A stretch of DNA of 64,000 bases, taken from assembly GCA_965203055.1 (NCBI GenBank), contig OZ241863.1, positions 3,968,001-4,032,000 of the forward strand, written 5' to 3'. The notes beneath the pieces are model-generated. The model did no database searches, had not been told where the DNA came from, and saw nothing but the letters and a program-made list of their open reading frames with translations. Within the stretch, counting starts at the first letter, position 1, and every line of letters begins with the position of its first letter. The translations under genes were made by a program, and so were the position numbers. This DNA is from Spirochaetia bacterium. GTDB lineage: Bacteria; Spirochaetota; Spirochaetia; SZUA-6; Bin103. Below, piece by piece: positions 38,919 to 48,706 of the stretch.

Positions 38919-39761
38919 TCAACTGCCGGTGGAGCTGTAGTGGCGGACGCCGACGTGCCAGAGCAGCAGGGCGGCGGCCAGGAACAGGGGCGCGGCCGCG
39001 GGGGCGGCCCAGCCGAACCAGTGCGGCGTGCCGAGCGGGTCGGGGCGGCCGAGGAGCGCTGCTACCGGGAAGTAGGTGACGGTGCCGACCGGCACCACGT
39101 AGAACAGGAAGCGGCGCAGGAAGCCGCGGTAGACGGTAGCGGGGTAGCTGCCGGCATCGACCGCGCCGTTGGTGACGATGGCGAACACCTCCAGCGACTG
39201 GATGGTCCAGAAGGTGATCGCCGCGGTGGCGACGAACACGCCCAGGAACAGCACGGTGACCGCGGCTGCGGTTTCCACCAGCAGCAGCGCCCGCGCCGGC
39301 GTCCACGGGATCGCCGCCGCGGCCAGGCCCCAGGTCAGGATCGCCGCCGCCTGCAGCCAGCGTCCCAGGCGCGCGAAGGCGAACTCGGCGCCCGCCACCT
39401 GCAGCACGGTGTTGCGCGGGCGCAGCAGCAGGCGGTCGAACTGGCCGCCGCGCACTTGGCGATGGAACATGTCGAAGCCGCGGCCGACCATCTCCGCGGT
39501 CGAGAAGCCGAGCATGACCAGCCCGTAGAGGATGGCGACCTCCGGCAACTCCCAGCCGCGTACGTTGCCGAACCGGCGCAGCAGCGCCCACACGCCCACG
39601 AACTCCACCGCGGTGATCAGCAGGGTTCCGGTCACCTGCAGGGCGAACGCCGCCGGGTACTGCAACTGCGCGCGGACCTGGGCGGCGACGTAGCGCCGGT
39701 AGAGCCGGCCGGCATCGCCCAGCGCCGCCCAGCCGGCAGGCAGCCGAGCGCTACCCGCCAA
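38919..39761 (-). CDS. ABC-2 family (DUF990-type) exporter permease
   Basis: QLQYP..F, GWELPEV..LYG, GQFDRLLLRP, YP..VY, YSSTGS. Confidence 0.88.
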   Translation of the reverse strand: MAGSARLPAGWAALGDAGRLYRRYVAAQVRAQLQYPAAFALQVTGTLLITAVEFVGVWALLRRFGNVRGWELPEVAILYGLVMLGFSTAEMVGRGFDMFHRQVRGGQFDRLLLRPRNTVLQVAGAEFAFARLGRWLQAAAILTWGLAAAAIPWTPARALLLVETAAAVTVLFLGVFVATAAITFWTIQSLEVFAIVTNGAVDAGSYPATVYRGFLRRFLFYVVPVGTVTYFPVAALLGRPDPLGTPHWFGWAAPAAAPLFLAAALLLWHVGVRHYSSTGS

Positions 39762-40587
39762 GGATCACCACCCGGCGCAGGCCGCGCGCCAACAGCCAGC
39801 GCCCGAGCAGCACCAGCGCCGCCAGCCAGCCCAGTTGCAGGCCCAACCGCAGCAGCGCCGCGGCGCCCGCCAGGTGCCCGGTGTAGATGCGAAACGGAAT
39901 GTCCATCAGGCCGGCGAAGGGGAGGTAGCCGAGCACCGCGGCCAGGCCGTCCGGCAGCAGCGGCAGCGGCACCACCAGACCGCCGCCGAACCAGACGATG
40001 GCCGGCAGCACGTAGCGCGCGCCCTCCGAGGAGACGGTCCAGAACATCAGGCTCACCAGCAGCGCGGTGACCGCGACGCCCAGCAGCAGCGCCAGCGCGG
40101 TGGCGAACAGGTAGAGCAGCGCCGCCGGCGCGCCCGCCGGCGCGCCAAGCGCCCACTCCGGCAACCCCACCAGAGGCAGCACCACCACGGCCACCACCAG
40201 CATCAGCACACAGCGCGGCGCGGTCAGCGCCAGCCGCCACGCCACCATGCGCCAGAACCAGTAGGAATACAGATCGATGGGCCGCAGCAGCTCCCCGGCC
40301 ACCGCGCCGGTGCGCACGCTGTCGGCCAGCTCCTGGTCGAGGCGAAATGGAAACAGCCCCAGCAGCGCCTGCCCCAGCCAGACGTAGGGCACCACGTGGG
40401 CGAAGTCGAAGTGGGCGGCGCCGGCGGGTCCGGACTGGTAGAACGCGGCCAGCACCATCAGCCGCAGCAGTCCCCAGTAGAGCTGGGTGCCGAAGCCGGC
40501 GACCGCCGCCGCCCGGTACTGCAGCGTCTCGCGCCAGCGCGCCCGCAGCACCCCCCGGTAGGGGGCCAGGCGACGGGTCATCGTCAC
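39751..40587 (-). CDS. ABC-2 family (DUF990-type) exporter permease
   Basis: LQYRAA, YVWLGQ, VRTGAVA.ELLRP, VPLPLLP, LPF, VILGG. Confidence 0.88.
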   Translation of the reverse strand: MTMTRRLAPYRGVLRARWRETLQYRAAAVAGFGTQLYWGLLRLMVLAAFYQSGPAGAAHFDFAHVVPYVWLGQALLGLFPFRLDQELADSVRTGAVAGELLRPIDLYSYWFWRMVAWRLALTAPRCVLMLVVAVVVLPLVGLPEWALGAPAGAPAALLYLFATALALLLGVAVTALLVSLMFWTVSSEGARYVLPAIVWFGGGLVVPLPLLPDGLAAVLGYLPFAGLMDIPFRIYTGHLAGAAALLRLGLQLGWLAALVLLGRWLLARGLRRVVILGG

Positions 40588-41609
40588 CGCTCCTCCAGCT
40601 CCAGGTCGCGGTACAGCCGCGCCACCAGCTCGTCGATCGGCTGCGGTTCGAGGTACAGGTCGCGCACCTCGTTGGCGCGCGCCACCTGCTCGATGAGGCG
40701 CGGCGCAGCGATGCGCGCGGGGTCGTAGCGCAGCACCACCCGCCGCCCGGCGGCGGACACCACCGTGGCCGAGGCGGCGCTGAAGTCACGCACTTCGTGC
40801 TCCAGATCCACCGTGAGGATGCGCTCGCGGTCGACGCCGGCGCGCAGCTCGGCCACCGACCCGTCGAACAGGATCGAGCCGGCGCCGATCACCAGCACCC
40901 GCGGACAGAGCGCCTCCACGTCGTCCAGATCGTGGGTCGTGAGGATGGTGGTGACGCCCTGCCGGTGGAGCCGGCGGATGATGTCGCGCACCGCCAGCTT
41001 GGCCACCGCGTCCAAGCCTATGGTAGGCTCGTCCAGGAACAGCAGCCGCGGGCGGTGCAGCAGCGCTGCCGCCAGCTCGCACCGCATCCGCTGCCCCAGG
41101 CTGAGCTGGCGCACCGGCACCGCCAGCAACGGGGCGATGGCCAGCAGATCCACCAGCTCATCGCGGGTTGCGCGGTAGGCGGCGGGCTCCAACCGATAGA
41201 TGTCGCGCAGCAGATCGAACGATTCCACCACCGGCAGGTCCCACCAGAGCTGGCTGCGCTGGCCGAACACCACGCCGATCGTCGCCACGTGGGCGGCGCG
41301 TTCGCGCCACGGCACGCGCCCGGCCACCTCGCAGCGACCGGCGTCGGGCACCAGAATGCCGGACAGGATCTTCACGGTCGTGCTCTTGCCGGCGCCGTTG
41401 GGGCCGATGTAGCCCACCAGCTCCCCCGCGGCAATGCGGAACGACACGCCGTCCAGCGCCGTCACCAGCTTGCGCCGCGCCAGCCACCCGCCACGCCCGC
41501 GGCCGGCGCCGGCGGACACCCGAAAGCGCTTGCTGAGACCGGCCACGTCGATCAGCGGAGGGCCGCCCTCGACCGGCGCGCGGCCCTCTGCCTCGGACGG
41601 AGTACTCAT
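40584..41609 (-). CDS. ABC exporter ATP-binding protein
   Basis: GPNGAGKST, LSLGQRMR, LFLDEPTIGLD, LTTHD. Confidence 0.93.
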   Translation of the reverse strand: MSTPSEAEGRAPVEGGPPLIDVAGLSKRFRVSAGAGRGRGGWLARRKLVTALDGVSFRIAAGELVGYIGPNGAGKSTTVKILSGILVPDAGRCEVAGRVPWRERAAHVATIGVVFGQRSQLWWDLPVVESFDLLRDIYRLEPAAYRATRDELVDLLAIAPLLAVPVRQLSLGQRMRCELAAALLHRPRLLFLDEPTIGLDAVAKLAVRDIIRRLHRQGVTTILTTHDLDDVEALCPRVLVIGAGSILFDGSVAELRAGVDRERILTVDLEHEVRDFSAASATVVSAAGRRVVLRYDPARIAAPRLIEQVARANEVRDLYLEPQPIDELVARLYRDLELEER

Positions 41610-41659
41610 GCGCAAGCGCCCAATCTACGGCAACCGGCGCGCCGGCGTCAATCCCGGGT

Positions 41660-41702
41660 TAGCATAAACATGTTGTAATACTACGACCCGATATGCTATA
41701 TT
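41660..41702 (+). promoter_or_regulatory. Toxin-antitoxin promoter overlapped by an imperfect palindrome
   Basis: TTGTAA-18 nt-TATATT with extended TG; arms TAGCATA (41660-66) / TATGCTA (41692-98) and inner GTTGTA/TACGAC. Confidence 0.55.
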
Positions 41703-41736
41703 TCTATTTATCATCACCGATGAGAGGAGGACGCTC

Positions 41737-42423
41737 ATGGCAATGAAGAGAAAGGACGGGCTGGCGGCCAAGGTCCGGTTCGTCGTGGAGTTGACCGCCG
41801 CGCGCAGCGTCACTCCGGCCGGCGCCGTCAAGAAGCTGCAGGAGCAATATCCCGAAAGCAAGCCCAGCTACCTGCGCACCGTGGTCTACGCCCACGCCCG
41901 GAAGGCCGGGGCGCGATTCGCCGAGACCCCTGCGGCGGCGCCGGAGCGGCATGGCCGTCCCCGCGCCGGCACCTGTTTCCGGCGGGTATGGGACCTTGCC
42001 GATCAGATAACCCAAGAGCAGGGCCGGCGCGCCACCCGGCGCGAAGTGCGGGAGCGCTACGAGGGCGAGGGCGGGCGCGGCGCCACCGCCGGCGCCGCGT
42101 ATCAATCCTGGAACAAGGCGCGGGAGGAGTCGTCCGCCGGGCACGCGCCGCCCCGCAGCCTCGAGCCGCGGCAGCTCGCGGTCACCGCCGACGGGCGCTG
42201 CGTGATCCCCCGTGAGCTGCGCGCCGCGATGCGCCTGCAGCCGGGAGACCGCGTGATCGCGCGCCTCGAGGCGGGTGAGCTGCGGCTGGTGTCGCCGGCG
42301 GTCGCCGTGGAGCAGGTGCAGGCCAGAATGCGCAAGTACGGCGCCGCCGGAGAAGGAGCCGCCGGGGAAGGAGTCGTGGACCGGTTCCTGGCGGAACGGC
42401 GCGCGCTCTGGGGCGAAGAGTGA
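41737..42423 (+). CDS. AbrB/MazE-type antitoxin with long N-terminal extension
   Basis: VTADGRCVIPRELRAAMRLQPGDRV, VVDRFLAERR; AGGAGG RBS. Confidence 0.8.
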   Translation: MAMKRKDGLAAKVRFVVELTAARSVTPAGAVKKLQEQYPESKPSYLRTVVYAHARKAGARFAETPAAAPERHGRPRAGTCFRRVWDLADQITQEQGRRATRREVRERYEGEGGRGATAGAAYQSWNKAREESSAGHAPPRSLEPRQLAVTADGRCVIPRELRAAMRLQPGDRVIARLEAGELRLVSPAVAVEQVQARMRKYGAAGEGAAGEGVVDRFLAERRALWGEE

Positions 42424-42800
42424 GCACCGTGTTCGACAGCTCCGCGCTGCTTGCCGTCGTCTTCCGGGAGCGCGGGTCCGAGGCCGCGGCGCGGGCCCTG
42501 AACGGCGCCATGATCTCGGCGGTAAACGCCGCCGAGGTGGTCTCCCGGTTGGTGGATTCGGGCACCGGCGCCGCCGCCGCGCGGGCGGTCCTCCTGGCGT
42601 TCGGCCTGACGATCCGGCCATTCGACGCGGCGCTGGCAATCGACGCCGGCCTGCTGCGGGCGGCGACCCGCGAACTCGGCCTGTCGCTCGGCGACCGGGC
42701 GTGCATGGCGCTGGCGCGGCGCGAGCGGGCCAGAGTGATTACCGCCGATCGATCGTGGGCGGCGCTCGATCTCGGGGTCGAAATAGCGCTGATCCGCTAG
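42420..42800 (+). CDS. vapC: VapC PIN-domain toxin
   Basis: VFDSSALLA, ISAVNAAEV, GLSLGDRACMALA, ITADRSW; GTGA overlap. Confidence 0.92.
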   Translation: MSTVFDSSALLAVVFRERGSEAAARALNGAMISAVNAAEVVSRLVDSGTGAAAARAVLLAFGLTIRPFDAALAIDAGLLRAATRELGLSLGDRACMALARRERARVITADRSWAALDLGVEIALIR

Positions 42801-42888
42801 CCGGAACGAACGCCGCAATTCCGCGCCGCGGCCGGTTGCCGCCGGCGCAGGGCGGTTCGTAACTTGCCGCCGCCGGAGGTCGGGACTG

Positions 42889-45162
42889 ATGGCGACGAGG
42901 ACTGCTGGCGAAGAAGGGGGGCTGACCCCGCGGCGGCTCCGCGCGGCGCAGCGCAGCTTCACGCTGTTCGCGTTCCTCAACATGATCTCCTTCCAGTTGC
43001 TCACCGGCAACGTCATTGCGCTGTACGCGCTCCGGCTGGACGCCGGCGAACCGCTGATCGGCGTGCTCTACTCCTTCATGCCCCTGGCGTACCTGCTGCC
43101 GCTGCTCGGCCGGGCGGTCGTGCGGCGCATGGGGACGGTGCGCACCATGGCGGTGTTCTGGATCCTGCGCCAGCTCCTGATGGTGCCGCTCCTGTTCGCG
43201 CCGCTGGCCGCGGCCCGCGGCCGGCCCGAGATCGGCATCTGGCTGATCGTCGTCAGCGTGGTCGGCTTCAACCTGGCGCGCGGCATCGCCATGACCAGCT
43301 TCAACGCCGTCGTCGGCGCCATCACCGCGCCCGCCGAACGCGGTTCGTTTCTGGCGCGCGTCCAGCTCGTCTCCCACCTGGGAGCGATCGCCGCCGGGCT
43401 GGCCATGGGTCTCCTGCTGCAGCAGCGGTCGCCGCTGTTCCTGTTCACGCTGGTACTGAGCCTCGGCGTCGTCACCGGCCTGCTGGCCGCCCGCGAGTTG
43501 TTTCGCCTGCCGGAGCCGGCGGCGCTGGCCCCCCGCGGCAGCTTCGGGCCGGCGCTGCGCGACGCGTTCCGCCGCCGCGGCTTCCCGCGCTTCCTCGTGG
43601 TGCTGGCGCTCAACAGCTTCGTGACCGCCATGGCGCTGCCGTTCCTGCTGGTCTACGTGAAGCGGGTTCACGGGCTGGGCGACAACACCGCCATCCTGCT
43701 CGCCGCGGTGGGCTCGGTCGGCGCCATCGTCATGGCGCTGGTGAGCAGCTTCGTCATCGACCGGGTAGGCGCCTCGCCGCTGCTGCCGCTGTTCAACATC
43801 GTGGTGACGGTCACCATGCTGCTGGTAGTGGCGGCGCCGCCGCTGGCCGGCCCGGGCGCGGCCTGGATCTATCTGGGCGCCATCTTCTTCTTCGCCACGT
43901 TCGCGGCGTTCGGCACCGAAAACACGCACAGCGTCTACTACCTGAGCCTGATCCGGGCGGAGGAACGCCTGAACCTGGGCATCTTCGACCTGGTGGTGAT
44001 CGGCCTCGGCGCCATGCTGGGGTCGCTCGCCGGCGGCGCGGCGCTGGGCCGCCTGGCCTCGCTGCCGGCTCTGGAAACGGCCGACGCGTACCGCATCTAC
44101 TACGGCGCCATGGTGGTGGCCTATACCGTCATCCTGCTGCTCACCATGCGGCTGGACCGGTTGGGCGCCGTCTCGTTTCCCAACGTGCTGGGCATCTTCG
44201 TGTCGCCCCGGCAACTGCGGGCGCTGGCGCTGCTCCACCGGCTCAAGGCCAGCCGCACCCCGGCAGCCGCCGAGTACCTGATCCAGCGCCTCGGCGAGGT
44301 GCGCTCCGACCTGGCGGCGCCGGACCTGCTGCGGGGGCTGCGTTCGCCGCGCTTCACGGTGCGCTCGGAGGCGCTCGACGCGCTGTCGGAGGTGCCGTTG
44401 AACGACGCGGCGCGGGCGGCGCTGATCGCCGAGGTCGAGGAGCAGCCGTTCACCACCGCCTACCAGGCGGCCGAGCTGATCGGGCGCCGGGAGATGCGCG
44501 AGGCGGTGCCGGCGCTGCGCCGCGGCCTGGAGTCGGACGACGTGTTCCTGGCCGGCAAGTGCATGGTGGCGCTGGCGCGCCTGGGAGACGAGGCCAGCCT
44601 GGCGACCGTCGAACGGATGTATCAGGAGACCGGCAACCCGCGCCTGCTGATCCACGGCGCGGCGGCGCTGGAACTGTTCGGGCGGCCCGCCTCGCTGGCC
44701 ATCCTGCTGGGGCCGCTGGAACGCAACCCCACGCCCTTCGCGCGGGACGAGATCATCCTGGCCGCGGCCGGCATCCTGCGCATCGCCGATACCTTCTATC
44801 CGCTCTATCAGGAGTTCCTGGCCGAGCCGCGGCACGGGCTGGCGCTGCTTTCCGACTTCCTGGAGGAACGGCAGGAGCTGCAGCCGCGCGCCGCGGCCGC
44901 ACCGGCGGGGCACGCCGAAGTCACGGCCCTGGCGCGGCTGGTCGACGCTCCCGGCGCGTTCCCGGAGGCGGCGGAACGCGCCCTGGCGGCGACGCCGGTG
45001 GCGGTCGAGGGGACCGACCTGAGCGCCGTGCTGCGGGAGGCGCTGGCGCGGCCGCGCACCGGCGCGCTGGCGCAGTTCCGGTTCCTCGTCGCCACCGCGG
45101 CGGCGTGCTTCACGTGGCCGGCCCGCCCGCGCAGCCGGCGCCGCCCGCAGCCGCCGGGCTGA
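42889..45162 (+). CDS. MFS-type transporter fused to a C-terminal HEAT-repeat domain
   Basis: About 12 hydrophobic segments, ERGSFL, then repeats such as L.SPRFTVRSEALDAL and AVPALRRGLESDD. Confidence 0.8.
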   Translation: MATRTAGEEGGLTPRRLRAAQRSFTLFAFLNMISFQLLTGNVIALYALRLDAGEPLIGVLYSFMPLAYLLPLLGRAVVRRMGTVRTMAVFWILRQLLMVPLLFAPLAAARGRPEIGIWLIVVSVVGFNLARGIAMTSFNAVVGAITAPAERGSFLARVQLVSHLGAIAAGLAMGLLLQQRSPLFLFTLVLSLGVVTGLLAARELFRLPEPAALAPRGSFGPALRDAFRRRGFPRFLVVLALNSFVTAMALPFLLVYVKRVHGLGDNTAILLAAVGSVGAIVMALVSSFVIDRVGASPLLPLFNIVVTVTMLLVVAAPPLAGPGAAWIYLGAIFFFATFAAFGTENTHSVYYLSLIRAEERLNLGIFDLVVIGLGAMLGSLAGGAALGRLASLPALETADAYRIYYGAMVVAYTVILLLTMRLDRLGAVSFPNVLGIFVSPRQLRALALLHRLKASRTPAAAEYLIQRLGEVRSDLAAPDLLRGLRSPRFTVRSEALDALSEVPLNDAARAALIAEVEEQPFTTAYQAAELIGRREMREAVPALRRGLESDDVFLAGKCMVALARLGDEASLATVERMYQETGNPRLLIHGAAALELFGRPASLAILLGPLERNPTPFARDEIILAAAGILRIADTFYPLYQEFLAEPRHGLALLSDFLEERQELQPRAAAAPAGHAEVTALARLVDAPGAFPEAAERALAATPVAVEGTDLSAVLREALARPRTGALAQFRFLVATAAACFTWPARPRSRRRPQPPG

Positions 45163-45201
45163 ACCGCTGCCGTCCGCCCGGCGCCGCCCGCCGGAGTCGG
45201 T

Positions 45202-45231
45202 TTGACAGCGGTCGCACGGTGTCGCTACCTT
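45202..45231 (+). promoter_or_regulatory. Sigma70-like promoter of the sugar ABC operon
   Basis: TTGACA-18 nt-TACCTT. Confidence 0.6.
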
Positions 45232-45275
45232 CTGTCGGCAGCGCTACTTTTGAAAAAGAAACGGAGGAAATGCGC

Positions 45276-46604
45276 ATGAATCGAGCACGCATACTGCTCG
45301 CCCTGGCGGCACTCTGCTGGTTCGCCGCCGCGCCGCTGTTCGCCACCGGTGAGGAGGAAGCGGCGACCGCTTCCGCCGCCGCGGACAACCCCTGGACCGA
45401 TGGTCAGGACCTGTCGGGGGCCGCGGTCAACGTCTTCGGCGCCTTCGTCGACGTGGACGCGGAACGGTTCGACGCGAGCATGGCGCCGTTCGAGGAACAG
45501 ACCGGCATCGACATCGTCTACGAAGGCTCCGGCGACTTCGAATCGCTGGTGGTGATCCGCGCCGAGGGCGGCGATCCGCCCGACATCGCGGCCTTCCCGC
45601 AGCCCGGCTTGATGGCCGACCTGGTGCGGCGCGGGTACATCACCGACCTGTCGGAGTCGTTCAGCATGGAGGACCTGCAGCGGCAGTACTCCGACGCCTG
45701 GATCGACCTGTCGCGCGTCGACGACGTGATCGCCGGGGTCTGGTACCGGGCCTCGTTGAAGAGCCTGGTCTGGTACGCGAAACCGGTGTTCGAGGCCAAC
45801 GGCTACGCCGTCCCCGAGACCTGGGACGAGCTGATCGCGCTCTCCGAGCGGATGGTCAGCGACGGCTACGTTCCCTGGTCGATCGGCATCGAGAGCTCCG
45901 GGGCGACCGGCTGGGTGGCCACCGACTGGATCGAGGACATCCTGCTGCGCACGGCGACGCCGGAGCAGTACGACGCCTGGACGCGCGGCGAGTTGCCGTT
46001 CGATTCACCGGAAGTGCGCCGCGCGATCGAGATCATGAGCGGCATCTGGTTCCGCGACGACTTCGTCCTGGGCGGCCGCAGCGCGATTCTGACCGTGCCG
46101 TTCGGCGACGCGGCGACGCCGCTGGTGCAGGATCCGCCGCGCGCCCTGATGCACCGCCAAGCCACCTTCATCGCCGGCTTCCTGCCGGAGAGCGCCCAGG
46201 AGCGGATCGGCGAGGTGATCGACGTCTTCTACCTGCCGCCGATCGATGCCGAGGAAGGCCGCGCGGCGCTCGGCGCCGGCGACATCTTCAGCGCCTTCAA
46301 CGACGATCCGGCGACCCTGGCGGTGATGCGCTGGCTGGCCTCCGGCGAGTCCACCCGCGTGTGGGCCGGATTCGGCGGCTTCGTGGCGCCGCACAAAGAT
46401 GCCAAAATCGAGTGGCACGGTTCCTACGTCGACCAGAAGGCGGCGGAGATCATCCAGAACGCCGACACCTTCCGCTTCGACGGCTCGGACCTGATGCCGG
46501 GGGTGGTGGGCGCCGGCACCTTCTGGACCGGCATGGTCGACTACGTCAGCGGCGAAGAGCTGGGGTCGGTACTCGGCAAGATCGACGCCTCATTCCCGCG
46601 CTGA
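45276..46604 (+). CDS. Alpha-glucoside-type (AglE-like) sugar ABC substrate-binding protein
   Basis: GGAGG RBS, signal peptide, PPDIAAFPQPG, KSLVWY, SIGIES.GATGWVATDWIED, RFDGSDLMP. Confidence 0.9.
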   Translation: MNRARILLALAALCWFAAAPLFATGEEEAATASAAADNPWTDGQDLSGAAVNVFGAFVDVDAERFDASMAPFEEQTGIDIVYEGSGDFESLVVIRAEGGDPPDIAAFPQPGLMADLVRRGYITDLSESFSMEDLQRQYSDAWIDLSRVDDVIAGVWYRASLKSLVWYAKPVFEANGYAVPETWDELIALSERMVSDGYVPWSIGIESSGATGWVATDWIEDILLRTATPEQYDAWTRGELPFDSPEVRRAIEIMSGIWFRDDFVLGGRSAILTVPFGDAATPLVQDPPRALMHRQATFIAGFLPESAQERIGEVIDVFYLPPIDAEEGRAALGAGDIFSAFNDDPATLAVMRWLASGESTRVWAGFGGFVAPHKDAKIEWHGSYVDQKAAEIIQNADTFRFDGSDLMPGVVGAGTFWTGMVDYVSGEELGSVLGKIDASFPR

Positions 46605-46698
46605 CGGAGGAGTTGCAACCCGCGCCTCGGACGCCGCCCGTTGCGGTGAACGCCTGACGGCCGGCGTCCGGGGCGCCTTCCCATGATGGCTGAGCGCG

Positions 46699-47811
46699 AT
46701 GGCTGAGCGAGCACGGGCCTCGCCGGTTCCGATCCTGCCGCTGCTGCGCGCCGCCGCGCTGTTCGGCGGCGTATCGGCGCTCATTCTCCTGGCCTTCCTG
46801 TTCATGCGGGACAGCCGGGCTCCGACCGCGCTGATCGCCGCGGTGGCCCTGATCATCGGCATCGGCGGGGTCTGGGGGATGTTCTACGCCGGCAACGGCG
46901 TGGTGGACGCCCTGCCGCGGCGCCTGCGGGACGCGGCCCGCCCCTGGCTGTTCGTGGGCCCCGCGATTCTCATCGCCGGTATCTACATCGTCTTCCCGGC
47001 GGTGCGCACGATCTGGATCAGCTTCTTCGACCGCACCTCGCGCCTGTTCGTGGGGTTGGCGAATTACGCCTTCATCTTCACCGACCCGGAGATGCTGCTG
47101 GTGCTCCGCAACACCCTGTTCTGGGTCCTGCTGGTGCCGTTCTTCTCGGTGGTGCTGGGACTGCTGATCGCGGTTCTGATCGACCGCCTCGGCCGGGTGG
47201 TGGAGCGGATCATCAAGGCGCTGATCTTCCTGCCGATGGCGATATCGTTCGTCGGCGCCAGCGTGATCTGGCGCTTCGTCTACTACTTCCAGCCGGCCGG
47301 CTACGAACAGGTCGGCCTGCTGAACGCCATCGTCACCGCCCTCGGCGGCGAGCCGCAGGCGTGGCTCACCCAAATTCCCTGGAATGCGCTCGGCGTCCCG
47401 TGGATGAACAACCTGTTCCTGATCTTCATCATGATCTGGCTGCAGACCGGATTCGCCATGGTGATCCTGTCGGCCGCGGTCAAGGGCGTGCCGCGGGAGC
47501 TGCTGGAGGCCGCCAGCATCGACGGCGCGGGCGAGATCCGGGTCTTCTTCCGCATCACCATCCCGCAGATCAGGGGGACGGTGCTCACCGTGTCCACCAC
47601 CATCCTGTTCCTGGTGCTGAAGATCTTCGACGTGGTGTTCGTCATGACCAGCGGCAACTTCGACACCGACGTGGTGGCGTCGCGCATGTACGCCGAGGCA
47701 TTTCGCTTCTTCGACTTCGGGCGTGGCAGCGCGCTGGCGGTGTTGCTGTTCATCATCGTCATCCCCTTCATGTTCCGCACCGTACGGCGCATGCGCAGGG
47801 AATCGGCATGA
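46699..47811 (+). CDS. Sugar ABC permease (AglF-like)
   Basis: IFLPMAISFVGASVIWRFVY, WLQTGFAM, LLEAASIDGA. Confidence 0.9.
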   Translation: MAERARASPVPILPLLRAAALFGGVSALILLAFLFMRDSRAPTALIAAVALIIGIGGVWGMFYAGNGVVDALPRRLRDAARPWLFVGPAILIAGIYIVFPAVRTIWISFFDRTSRLFVGLANYAFIFTDPEMLLVLRNTLFWVLLVPFFSVVLGLLIAVLIDRLGRVVERIIKALIFLPMAISFVGASVIWRFVYYFQPAGYEQVGLLNAIVTALGGEPQAWLTQIPWNALGVPWMNNLFLIFIMIWLQTGFAMVILSAAVKGVPRELLEAASIDGAGEIRVFFRITIPQIRGTVLTVSTTILFLVLKIFDVVFVMTSGNFDTDVVASRMYAEAFRFFDFGRGSALAVLLFIIVIPFMFRTVRRMRRESA

Positions 47812-48653
47812 CGCCGGCGCGGCTGATCATCCGGGTATTCCTGGGTGGGCTGGTGATCATCTGGACCGCGCCCACGCTCGGGCTGCTGGTGAGCTCGTTC
47901 CGCGTTGCGGAGGCGGTCGCGAGCACCGGCTGGTGGACGGCGCTGGTGGAACCGTTCGCGTCCGGACAGTGGACCCTGCGCAATTACGAGCGGGTGATCC
48001 TGGCCGACAACATGGGCAACGCCTTCCTGAACAGCCTGCTGGTGACGCTCCCTTCCACGGTGATCCCGATCACGATCGCCGCGTTCGCTGCCTACGCGCT
48101 CGCCTGGATCGACTTTCCGGGGCGTCACCTGATCTTCATCGTCATCGTCAGCCTGTTGATCGTCCCGCTGCAGATGGCGCTGATCCCGGTGCTGCGGCTC
48201 TACACCGGCCTGCGGCTGAACGGCACCTTTCTCGGTATCTGGCTCGCGCATACCGGATTCGGCCTGCCGCTTGCCACCTACCTGCTGTACGGATACATCG
48301 CCACCTCCATCTCGGGGGAGATCATCGAGTCGGCGCATACCGACGGCGCGACCCCCTGGGTGATCTTCACGCGGCTCGTGCTGCCGCTCGCCACCCCGGT
48401 GGTGGCGTCGTTCGCGATCTTTCAGTTCCTCTGGGTGTGGAACGATCTGCTGGTGGCGCTGGTGTTCCTGGGAACCAAGGCGGAACGGGCGCTGGTCACC
48501 ACCCGGCTCGCCGAACTGGTCGGCTCCCGCGGGCAGGATTGGCACGTGCTGACTTCCGGCGCATTCGTGACCATGGTGATGCCGCTGATCATCTTCTTCT
48601 CGCTGCAGCGCTACTTCGTGCGCGGGATGATGGCCGGATCGGTCAAAGGGTAG
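47808..48653 (+). CDS. Sugar ABC permease (AglG-like)
   Basis: PTLGLLVSSFR, VPLQMALIP, SFAIFQFLWVWNDLLVA, QRYFVRGMMAGSVKG; ATGA overlap. Confidence 0.9.
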   Translation: MTPARLIIRVFLGGLVIIWTAPTLGLLVSSFRVAEAVASTGWWTALVEPFASGQWTLRNYERVILADNMGNAFLNSLLVTLPSTVIPITIAAFAAYALAWIDFPGRHLIFIVIVSLLIVPLQMALIPVLRLYTGLRLNGTFLGIWLAHTGFGLPLATYLLYGYIATSISGEIIESAHTDGATPWVIFTRLVLPLATPVVASFAIFQFLWVWNDLLVALVFLGTKAERALVTTRLAELVGSRGQDWHVLTSGAFVTMVMPLIIFFSLQRYFVRGMMAGSVKG

Positions 48654-48706
48654 CGGCCTCTCGCCGGCGCCGGGGATTCGGCAATGCGGTATGATTGGCA
48701 GCAGCC

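Noticed and set aside
42864..46604. 1246-aa ORF as one giant protein
   Set aside because: The first ~800 codons are a shadow frame over the MFS-HEAT gene; the real binding protein starts at about 45276 behind its own promoter and RBS.
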